A DNA stretch of 64,000 bases, taken from an uncultured virus (IMG/VR IMGVR_UViG_3300028666_000031) (lineage: Duplodnaviria > Heunggongvirae > Uroviricota > Caudoviricetes). The stretch is taken from the IMG/VR virus record IMGVR_UViG_3300028666_000031. One strand, 5' to 3'. Positions within the stretch are counted from its first letter, which is position 1. Every line of letters starts with the position of its first letter. A program made the position numbers and the translations under genes. Below the pieces are notes generated by a model. It did no database searches. It was not told the DNA's origin and saw only the letters and a list, made by a program, of their open reading frames with translations. Below are positions 28,938 through 38,100 of this stretch, piece after piece.

Positions 28938-29179
28938 CAGTTCTTCGCAATGTCCTCAGCGTCCTTGAGCATCAGCGTGACATTCCACCCGTTGGCCTTC
29001 GCCTGCTTGACGAGGTACGCCAGCATCGTCACCCACGCATCCCGCCGCGCCCGCTTCGAAAACACTTCCTTGCGGCTTTCCCGCGTAAACTCTGCAGACG
29101 CCTGCACCCGTTGTTTTTTGTCACTCATATAGGCTCTCCACCAAATACATCGGTTTGTTGTTCGCAATTCCCCCTTCAT
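28937..29179 (-). CDS. Hypothetical protein
   Basis: Fills the gap between neighbours; start at 29179 or 29128. Confidence 0.5.
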   Translation of the reverse strand: MKGELRTTNRCIWWRAYMSDKKQRVQASAEFTRESRKEVFSKRARRDAWVTMLAYLVKQAKANGWNVTLMLKDAEDIAKN

Positions 29180-29184
29180 ACCCT

Positions 29185-29847
29185 TCACCTCTTCACACCC
29201 CACCCCGGGAGCTGCATCAGTACTACTACCCCATTGGCATACGGAAACGGCTGCCCATACTTCAAAGACCAATCTGGTTGTGGTAGTTCCTCCCAAGTGT
29301 TGTCCACGCTCACCTGCTTGAGCATCCGCACACGGGTTAAGCTTTGCAGATAAGCATCCAATTCTAAGTGATAGCCGAGAGGGATCGTGATGAAATACTC
29401 AGAGGCTTCCGCCATGATCTTTCTCAGGCACGCCACCGCCTTGCCCGTCCGCAAATCCCCATTCCCATATTCCGCCTTGCCGAAATGTTCCAACGTGGAA
29501 ATGGAGAGCACCTTGAGCCCGCGATAATCCACCAAGCCACCATCCATCCGTTCGCACTCTTCCCATGAATCAAACGGGTCAATCGTCCGATGCGTGAGCC
29601 ATTTAGGGATGTACCGTTCCCGCCAATACGCCATCACCGCCCCCACCTCCACCACATCATCCCGCCGCCTGTTAGCCTCCCACGTCGGAAAACAATTCCA
29701 CAACCGCAACACCTCCGCTCCCAAGGGCACCTCGACCGTCCGCTCTCCGATATGCGCCACGGGCGTCCCGTCCGCTTTCAACATCCCAGGAAAGTCCTGT
29801 TGTGCGCACTGAATCCCCGCCAACCCAGCGAATGAAAACGTTCTCAT
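29185..29847 (-). CDS. SAM-dependent methyltransferase-like protein
   Basis: ERTVEVP, VVEVGAV and SISTLEHFG motifs. Confidence 0.6.
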   Translation of the reverse strand: MRTFSFAGLAGIQCAQQDFPGMLKADGTPVAHIGERTVEVPLGAEVLRLWNCFPTWEANRRRDDVVEVGAVMAYWRERYIPKWLTHRTIDPFDSWEECERMDGGLVDYRGLKVLSISTLEHFGKAEYGNGDLRTGKAVACLRKIMAEASEYFITIPLGYHLELDAYLQSLTRVRMLKQVSVDNTWEELPQPDWSLKYGQPFPYANGVVVLMQLPGWGVKR

Positions 29848-31022
29848 GTGTTTGTTGGTTTTGTGACCAGCGGAGCGTACTCACCCTCCGGACCGCTCTT
29901 CTCCAAATCCGGCAGCTTCTCTCCCGCCTCATTACTAGCCGCCGCAATCGCCGCCCGCCAAGCCGCATCAATCTTCTTGAACTCCGCATTACTAAACGGG
30001 CTCTGCCAGTTCGGGTCCCACAACCCTTGCTTGGCCGCATTGACATACACCGCCAGGGAAGCCCGATACCGCGGTTCCGGTGCCTGCACACTGCGCCGCA
30101 ACTCCACCCGGATCTCCATCGCTGTAAACAACCCATCAATCAGCCGTGTCTCTCCCTTGGCGTGATACTCCTGAATCCCCCGCGTGATATCGCTCAGCAC
30201 CCCTGTAAACGCGAACTTCCCAGTAATGCTCGAAGCCCAGGGCGCAAGCGCATTAATCTGCGTCAACTGCTTCTCATAGGTGCTCGACAACTCCTGGCGC
30301 ACCTTCATGTTCTTGCGCCACTCTTCGGAGCCCTGCCGATTCCCCTCGGAGTTGGAAAGGAACTCATCCAACTGTTTCAACTGCCATTCTGTCATCAGCG
30401 CATTGCGCGCCAGCACCGCCGTCATCCGTTCACCGAGGAGCTTGTCATAATCCTTCACCCGCTTGGCGAACCATTCCCCCTCCGCCCGATTTTTGAATTG
30501 CAACGTCAACCCGTGCTTCTCTAGCAATTCCTCCTGCGCAAAATGAAACTCTTCCCGAGGAGGGCTTGGCGCTTGCGGTTCCACCTTCGTATCTTGCTTC
30601 GGACCGACCGCCGACCGCCAAGCCCCCCGCACCGCATCCAGTTCACTTTGGAACTGGTTTCGAGTGATGCCCAAGGCCGCTTGCAATTCTTGGGGTGACC
30701 ACTCCTGAAAATCTTCTGGATTAAACTGCGCCGGGGGAATCACCGGACGCAACCCAAACAACCGACGGACAATCAGCCAGCCCCGTTCTTTTCCCGGCAC
30801 CGCTGTAATCGCATGAAACAACGGCAGCTCGGCCACCTGCAAGCCCTCGAACTCCGCCGACAGCAAATCCATGTGGTTACACCGCCACGGCTCCCCACTC
30901 ACGGAGTACTCCACCAACGCCGCGCCCGCGTAAGTATTCGCTTTAACCGATAACTCCCGCTTATCGCCTGCAGCGCATAAATCCGGTTGCTCTTCTCTCT
31001 TCACACCCTTCTCACCCTTCAT
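29844..31022 (-). CDS. Hypothetical helical protein with HTH-like segment (terminase small subunit candidate)
   Basis: SPQELQAALGITRNQF; lies upstream of the terminase genes. Confidence 0.5.
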   Translation of the reverse strand: MKGEKGVKREEQPDLCAAGDKRELSVKANTYAGAALVEYSVSGEPWRCNHMDLLSAEFEGLQVAELPLFHAITAVPGKERGWLIVRRLFGLRPVIPPAQFNPEDFQEWSPQELQAALGITRNQFQSELDAVRGAWRSAVGPKQDTKVEPQAPSPPREEFHFAQEELLEKHGLTLQFKNRAEGEWFAKRVKDYDKLLGERMTAVLARNALMTEWQLKQLDEFLSNSEGNRQGSEEWRKNMKVRQELSSTYEKQLTQINALAPWASSITGKFAFTGVLSDITRGIQEYHAKGETRLIDGLFTAMEIRVELRRSVQAPEPRYRASLAVYVNAAKQGLWDPNWQSPFSNAEFKKIDAAWRAAIAAASNEAGEKLPDLEKSGPEGEYAPLVTKPTNT

Positions 31023-31026
31023 ACCT

Positions 31027-31878
31027 TCATGCCTTCGGGTCGAGTTTCCCTGCCATCTCATGGAACTGTGGCAACACCTTCTCCGTGCTCAACCCATTCA
31101 ACGCCGGGTGACTCCGGTGTAGCGCCAGTGACCGGCAGATATAATTAATCTCCTCATCCGAAAACTTGCGGGCCACCACCAACGCCGATTGAATCAAACC
31201 CTCCGTGAAACACACCGGAGGCCGTTGTGGACGGAACAGCGCATTGTCGCAGGCAATAATCACCCGCGTCACCCGCTTCGTTAATTCCGGGTCCAAAGGT
31301 TCCCCTTGTTCATCCACGAACTTGTGCTCTGAAATGCTCAACGTCGTTTGCAATGCATCACCTTGAGCCTCCTTCATCCGCATGGTAAACGCCCGCATAT
31401 CCCCGCCGCGTTGCGCCATCGAACGTGGGGACGAACTCACCCCGCCATGCAAGGTGATAAACCGCAGACACACCAGGTCATCCCCATCCCCCTTGAACAA
31501 CATCTCCTGCAACACCTTCTCCAAGGCTTCGGTTTTCACTTCCCCTGGATTATCTCCGATGTGCAGCAGTCCGCCTTGCTCGGTAGACAAGCACTTCACA
31601 AGCATAGGCAACTCCTCACGCCCCACGCGCCCTGCAGGTCCACCTTCCTGCATCCGGTAGGCCAAGCCCTGCCAGACAGCAAACCACACGTAGAGCGCTT
31701 GCACATCGCCCACCACTCGCGCCAACTGCCGAAACGTCGGCAATTGCAGCAAATCTATCGGTAACCTCACCACATTTTCCATAACCTCTCCCATCATCCT
31801 GTTAAATGGGTGAACCGTCCTTGTAGCCGAGCGCAGAAATACTGTCGTGGGAGAATCTGTTCCACATAGAACACCCAT
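31027..31878 (-). CDS. Hypothetical protein
   Basis: 283-aa ORF; start uncertain. Confidence 0.6.
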   Translation of the reverse strand: MGVLCGTDSPTTVFLRSATRTVHPFNRMMGEVMENVVRLPIDLLQLPTFRQLARVVGDVQALYVWFAVWQGLAYRMQEGGPAGRVGREELPMLVKCLSTEQGGLLHIGDNPGEVKTEALEKVLQEMLFKGDGDDLVCLRFITLHGGVSSSPRSMAQRGGDMRAFTMRMKEAQGDALQTTLSISEHKFVDEQGEPLDPELTKRVTRVIIACDNALFRPQRPPVCFTEGLIQSALVVARKFSDEEINYICRSLALHRSHPALNGLSTEKVLPQFHEMAGKLDPKA

Positions 31879-31902
31879 TGCCAGCAGCCTGCAAGCAAAA
31901 TC

Positions 31903-32961
31903 TTACGCCTCGTGGTATCCCAATCCGTTCCCATACCAAAAATCCCTCGGTGCCACATTCACCGCCGCAAAATAAAAGTCCGCCGTCACCGCCAATCCGT
32001 TCGGCCCAATCGTGCTGCAAGGAAACGCCGAGCTATCCACCATCGGCACTTCGTACACCACCTCACCCGTCGGACCAGGAATCAGCACGCCGCTCCGAAT
32101 AAAATCAATCTGGACCCCGTTCGGTAACCCCGGCGTTGGATACGTCCCATACCGCCAGCGTCCTATCCAATACGGACACGCCTGCCATCCCTGGTATCGC
32201 AGTTGCCCGCGAAAAATGTTCATGCCCGGCCCGTTATCATCCAGCGACCACCCCGACGCCGCCGCCATGCTCAAGATAGCGGGCGCACTGGGCCGATACC
32301 CCGTGTTCACCAACAACCCTGAATACTGGCCAGGCAGGCTCGGGTTCACTATCCCCGGATCAATGTTGCTCGAGTAATGAAACTCCAACACACTCCAGCT
32401 CGCCGGCCAATTCACCCCCATCACCGCCGACATCAGCCCCCCAAACTCACCCGCAAAATCCACCGGACCCGATAACGTCGCTGACCCAACCTTGCTCGCC
32501 GCATCCGGCGGACTCACCGGCCAGTTATAATAATCGGCCGACGTATCGCTATTGCGCGTTACCTGAAAACTCCCCTCCGTCCCATAGATGTATTGGCTCC
32601 CGAAAAAGTTCGGGTCAGGATATCCTGACGACACCATCACTTCGCCTGGACCTTGATAACTGCTCGTCCCTGTGAACGCGGGCCAGTCCGGACTCGGAGC
32701 CCCCTCCCACGTGCCGAGTTGCGTTTGCTCGCACGTCGTGTAGCCCGAAAAAATGTTATTGAAAACTTTCGTCGGCGTATCCAGGACTGGGTCAGGCGTT
32801 GGATTGCCGCCCCAAAAGCTGGACATCGGTGCAAAGCAATATCGCCAGCGCTGTCCAGAACTCCACCGCGTCGACACCGCCCCTGACACCGGAATGACCA
32901 GTTCATAATGCGTCGACCTCAGCATCTCGTTATGCTCGTTATACAGTGGCTCGCAATCCAT
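31903..32961 (-). CDS. Hypothetical virion-associated protein
   Basis: Gly/Pro/aromatic-rich ORF downstream of the glycosyltransferase. Confidence 0.6.
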   Translation of the reverse strand: MDCEPLYNEHNEMLRSTHYELVIPVSGAVSTRWSSGQRWRYCFAPMSSFWGGNPTPDPVLDTPTKVFNNIFSGYTTCEQTQLGTWEGAPSPDWPAFTGTSSYQGPGEVMVSSGYPDPNFFGSQYIYGTEGSFQVTRNSDTSADYYNWPVSPPDAASKVGSATLSGPVDFAGEFGGLMSAVMGVNWPASWSVLEFHYSSNIDPGIVNPSLPGQYSGLLVNTGYRPSAPAILSMAAASGWSLDDNGPGMNIFRGQLRYQGWQACPYWIGRWRYGTYPTPGLPNGVQIDFIRSGVLIPGPTGEVVYEVPMVDSSAFPCSTIGPNGLAVTADFYFAAVNVAPRDFWYGNGLGYHEA

Positions 32962-35098
32962 AATCAGCCTTTCGCCAACCCAACCCATGCACCTGGACTG
33001 CCAAATCATGCTCACGAACAAGGCTATGAGCCTGAATGTACGTCACCAACCGCTCCTCATCGTACGCCCCTTGATACGCGGGCAGATTCCGCATCAGCAC
33101 TCTCATCCCCCAGGACAAGGCCTCTTTAACCACAATCGGGAAGCACTCCTTAATCGACGTAAACAAAAACAAATCCATTGCGCTATAGAACCGGTCCACG
33201 TCATCCCGCTCCCCCCACACTACGACGTTGTCTGGTTTTTCCGCCATCAGCGGTCCCCAATACTCCTTGAAGTTCGGCGCTTGGTTCCCCACACAATGAA
33301 ACACCATGCCGGGAAGCTGCCGGGCCACACCCCATATCTCTCCCTGGTTCTTCCCTGGCGTGAACAACCCCACGTTCAGCACATGCCCCTTACTCGGGTC
33401 CAACCCCAGGCTTTGCAGCGCCTTCGTCCGATCCGGTCGTTCCCGCTTCGGCAACTCATATTCCCTGATCACGAACGAAATCCCGCGCTCCTCCATCTGC
33501 GTTCGGAACAACTTCACGTGATGCTGACTCACGAACCAATACATATCCGGCCAGTGCCGGGTCTGCTCTGGTCCGAAGTCCGCGTTGTGCAACGTCTGCA
33601 CAATGTGATATGGATGACCCTTGGCAAACAACAGTTCCGCCGTCCCCTGCGACAACATCAATTCGGGCGCTTCATGCAGGTGCACCACCGTCGGTTTCAA
33701 ATGGTTAATCACCTCAAACAGCTTCGCCTCATTGCCATTTGCGCAGTAATAGAACGACCCTAGTAGCGCCTGTAGTTGTTTCCGTTGTACTGTGTATTCA
33801 TCCGACAAATGGCGCATCTCGATCACCGCCACCGCTTCCCCCTGGGCTAAGAGCTTCTGCACTTGCTGCAACCAATACTGTGGCCCGCCACCCGTCGACC
33901 CGTGGGGCACCACCAGCAAAATCCGCTTCTGGTCCGAAGGCAATTCCACGCTTGCAGACGTCTGCACTTCCACCTCCGATTTCAAATCGGGGATGGCGGG
34001 GATCGGCCGCACCGCGACGCATGCCGCGAGCACTGCTTCGGGCGTAATTCCCAACGTGCACGCATGGTGCTGGCCCCGTGGGCAATAATTCGGATTCCCC
34101 CGGTCCAACGGCAGTTTGAAATCATTCATGCACCCGTGACACACCTCTTCGTTGATGACCCGTTGCACTCCCTCCACTTCCCCCCATGGCTCTGTGAAAC
34201 CTGAGATAATCACCGTCGGCACCCACAACGCCCAGGCTAGAATGGATGGTCCCGAGGAGCACCCGATAAAGAACTCCGCTCCCCAAATCGTTTTCACTGT
34301 CTCCGCAATCGGGCGGCCGTTCCGTTTGACCACATTCGAAAGCGCGCTGGATTCCGTGCTCACCGAGACAACGTCATACTCCAGGTCCCGCAACGCATCC
34401 ACCACTCGTTGCCACCCTCCCGGGCGCAGCCATTGCTTCGCATGATACCCCGCCGCAAATTCAGAGATAGCCACATAGGGCCTGCCTATCCTTCCCACTG
34501 GCACGTCACGGATGGCGACGCGCGGCCTTTGACACTTATATTCTAACCCTAAACAGTCCGACGCAATCTGCTGCAACGGCACCGCCCGCCATTGCTGCTT
34601 GTTCCGGTTATAATCCCCCTCGTAACACCCGACCACGTAACTGCAAAAGAACTCCGGACCAATGGCCGACCCGGGCGCCTGAAACCGCAGGTTAGGATAT
34701 GTCGTTTGAAACAACTCATTCCAAAACGTCCTGACCGTCACTCTGCAGCCATGCTTGTTCTGGAACTGCTCCACGCAAGGGAACCACGCCACTGTATCTC
34801 CCAGCGCCCGCGTATCGAACAGAATCAGCACGTCCTTGTCTTTCAGGTCCAACCGATAGTCCAGGACGGGCGCGCTGTCCTCCGCCACCTGCACCCGCCA
34901 ATCCACATAATACTTCGGTCCCGGTTCGCCCCAGTGACCCGGGGTCAATGTCGTGGTATAGACGTTTCTCTCTGTGCGCGCATCCCAAAACTGCGCCACA
35001 TAGTTTGCTGGTTCTTTACCTTGCACTTCGACCCGCAGTTGCGGAGCGAATGATAGTTGGATCCGATTCCCTTTAGGAGTGAGTTGTTCTCTTAGCAT
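32939..35098 (-). CDS. Aah/TibC-like O-heptosyltransferase fused to a GT4 glycosyltransferase
   Basis: PKYYVDWRV, DTRALGDTVAWFP..EQFQNKHGC, FIGCSSGPS, ISGFT, CHGC...C...C; C-terminal NVGLFTPGKNQ and FTSIKECFPIVVKEA (E-x7-E). Confidence 0.85.
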   Translation of the reverse strand: MLREQLTPKGNRIQLSFAPQLRVEVQGKEPANYVAQFWDARTERNVYTTTLTPGHWGEPGPKYYVDWRVQVAEDSAPVLDYRLDLKDKDVLILFDTRALGDTVAWFPCVEQFQNKHGCRVTVRTFWNELFQTTYPNLRFQAPGSAIGPEFFCSYVVGCYEGDYNRNKQQWRAVPLQQIASDCLGLEYKCQRPRVAIRDVPVGRIGRPYVAISEFAAGYHAKQWLRPGGWQRVVDALRDLEYDVVSVSTESSALSNVVKRNGRPIAETVKTIWGAEFFIGCSSGPSILAWALWVPTVIISGFTEPWGEVEGVQRVINEEVCHGCMNDFKLPLDRGNPNYCPRGQHHACTLGITPEAVLAACVAVRPIPAIPDLKSEVEVQTSASVELPSDQKRILLVVPHGSTGGGPQYWLQQVQKLLAQGEAVAVIEMRHLSDEYTVQRKQLQALLGSFYYCANGNEAKLFEVINHLKPTVVHLHEAPELMLSQGTAELLFAKGHPYHIVQTLHNADFGPEQTRHWPDMYWFVSQHHVKLFRTQMEERGISFVIREYELPKRERPDRTKALQSLGLDPSKGHVLNVGLFTPGKNQGEIWGVARQLPGMVFHCVGNQAPNFKEYWGPLMAEKPDNVVVWGERDDVDRFYSAMDLFLFTSIKECFPIVVKEALSWGMRVLMRNLPAYQGAYDEERLVTYIQAHSLVREHDLAVQVHGLGWRKADYGLRATV

Positions 35099-35121
35099 AA
35101 ATAATTTTGCAGACCGCCGGC

Positions 35122-38100
35122 TCAGATACCACCGGCAATGATCGAATACATCGAGGAGTTGGCAAACAACGTGGCAACCTGGGTGTTCGTGACCGGACCG
35201 AAGCTGAGCCCAACCGATCCGGGAGTAGACGACACTGACACCACGCATTGAATTCGAATCGGCATTGGGGTGTTTGCTGCCGTTACAAACGCTGTGGACG
35301 TAAACGTATTGATAGCCGAAAGCCGTTCGTTCCTAAACGTGGTTGCAGCCGTCTCTCCATAAACCCAACCCTCAATCGTGGAGCCTGTAGGGGCGGTGAT
35401 TGCGAACTTGAGCCCGCCTGTCGATCCACCCTGCGCGGTGAGCTGGAACGTAAGAATACAAAGCGTATTCGCCCCGCACACCACCTGCAGATTGCTTGCC
35501 ACCCCGGAGCTGGAACCCGTCGTTCCGTTGCTGGTCAAAGCAATGGCCGATGCCACCGACGACCCACTCGTCCCGTTTGCTCCACTCGTTCCACTGCTCC
35601 CGCTCGTTCCTGTAGTCGTTCCACTGCTCCCGCTCGTCCCGCTCACCGTGACACCACTACTCCCACTGGTGCCCGAAGATCCGTTAGCGCCACTCGTTCC
35701 TATCTCCCCCGCCACCGTCAGGTTAAAGCTCGTCCCCGCCAGGCCCGCGCTCACATAATCCACGTTCACCGTCAGCGTGGTGCCACTCGTTCCCGTGCAT
35801 TCCCCCTCTGCCCATTTGGAAGCATCCGAAAACGACACTAACCGGACCCTACTTCCCGGCACATAGGCCACGAACGCCCCACCGGGTAACGTGACCACCT
35901 TGCTGCCAATCGTAGGGGTCCCCGAAGTCACCGCCGCCAGCGCCGTGTAACCCGCTCCGGTTGTCCCACTGCTCCCACTGCTGCCCGACGTGCCACTAGC
36001 GCCACTCGTCCCCGAAGTCCCGTTCACCCCGCTGCTTCCCGACGTACCAACCACCGTGCTGCCGCTGGTGCCGTTCGTTCCGCTCGCACCCGAGCTGCCG
36101 CTGGTCCCGCTACTTCCAGGCTGGCCCGTTGTCCACAAGGTGAAATCGCTAAACGTCCCCGACCCGCCCGTCATATCCACCGTCACATTGACCGCCGTCC
36201 CAAACGGGTCAAACGACGTTATAGCTCCCTCCATCCAATTCGCTGGTGACGCCGTGCTCACCGCCCGCACCCGGCTCCCGACTTGCCATCCGATCACATT
36301 GGGCGCGCTCGGTGGGACTGTATATGCGAAGGTCCTTAGTCCCGTTGCAATCGCCATCGACCCTAAACACGCCTCAATCAAGAGGACCATCCCGCCACTC
36401 GTGCCCGAAGTCCCATTCACGCCATCCACTCCACTGCTCCCGCTGGTCCCCGGTGCTCCCGTCCCGCTCGCTCCATTCACTCCCGAAGTCCCCGAAGTGC
36501 CATTCGCACCATTGACTCCCGAGGTGCCCGATGTCCCCGCTGCTCCGTTAACCCCACTGGTCCCGCTCGCCCCGTTGACTCCCGAAGTGCCATTCGCACC
36601 ATTCACACCTGAAGTGCCATTCACTCCGCTGGTCCCGCTCGTCCCATTCGCTCCTGCACCGCCTGGCGCTCCGTTCACACCGCTGGTCCCCGACGTCCCA
36701 TTCACGCCCGAGGTCCCACTACTCCCGCCACCCGTTCCGCCAGTCGCACTCGTTCCCGAACTGCCGCTGACTCCACTACTCCCCGACGTCCCACTGATTC
36801 CGCTGGTCCCGTTCAACCCATCAACCCCCGAGCTTCCCGAGGTCCCGGGCAAACCCTGCAACCCTTGCGCACCATTCACGCCGGAACTTCCCGACGTCCC
36901 ATTGACTCCGCTGGTTCCATTGACGCCACTAGTCCCGCTCACCCCGCTCGTCCCGCTGGTGCCGTTCACACCATTCGCACCGTTCGCACCGTTCACACCC
37001 GAAGTCCCATTCGCCCCCGGCGCACCCGGTGCTCCATTCACTCCGCTGGTCCCCGACGTCCCGCCACCCGTCCCGCTCCCGCTCACCCCACTGCTGCCGC
37101 TACTCCCATCCGCCCCGCTGGTTCCGCTCGTTCCGCTGGTCCCGGGAATCCCATCTGACCCTGCCGAAGTCCCATTCGCGCTCGCCCCCAAACTCGCCCA
37201 TAACTTGTGAGGCAACGTCATCAAAAGAAGAATCGGAGTGCCAGGACCGCCCGAGGTTCCGACCGGAGGTATAGACACCCCGGTTGCCATCGTCTCCGCT
37301 TCTATCTCCTCACCTAAAATCCATACCGGCGTCACCAACTCCGTCAACACGTCTGCACTGTTCGAATGATTTGTGCTCGTCCGCGCTCGGTTGTATGGAT
37401 CGGCTGGCACCAAGGCCGAGTACGTGTAGTCATACTGCACCCCGTTCAGCTTCACCTCGGACGTCAGCGATTCCCGTAACTTGGGTGGCTTCGCGATATA
37501 AACGTTCCCACCTGACGCGGTTTGGCACGTTAGGTAATCTCCCTGCACCGAGACCAAATGATACTTGGCAATCGAGGAACCACCGCCGCCCCCACCGCCT
37601 GCCACCCGCGCTTGAATCAATTGAGTTGTCCCGGCCCCAACTGCTTCCAACGCCGTCAATGGCCCGCCGCTCCCGCCACTGCTCCCGCTGCTTGCTCCCT
37701 TAACAAGGTAATCCGCCGCACCCGTCGACGGAATATCCAACCCGTCGTTCACTGCCACCGGCCCTTGCACCCTTACAAACACCATCCCGCTATTGCCTGT
37801 CCGCGTCACCCGCACCGGCCCGTCCGGACGTTCATTACCCACCACCGTCACCCCCATGAACACGGGCGTCGTGATGGTCGGAGGCGTCGTGTTATTCGGC
37901 AACTGAGGGTTATTATCCATCGCCTCACGAAACAAGGGTGTCCCTAAGGGCAAGAGCGCGCTGCTCACATTCACCCCCTGCAGCTGAACTGTATCCGGCG
38001 CACCATCCATCCCCAGTAGCTGATGGAACGTATCCATCAATAGCCGTGACAACCTCGGGTTCTTCAATAGCAACGCCGCTTCACTGCGCAACTGGTTCGC

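Noticed and set aside
35990..37210. 406-aa plus-strand Pro/Leu/Val repeat ORF
   Set aside because: Antisense shadow of the Gly-Thr-Ser repeats in the tail protein
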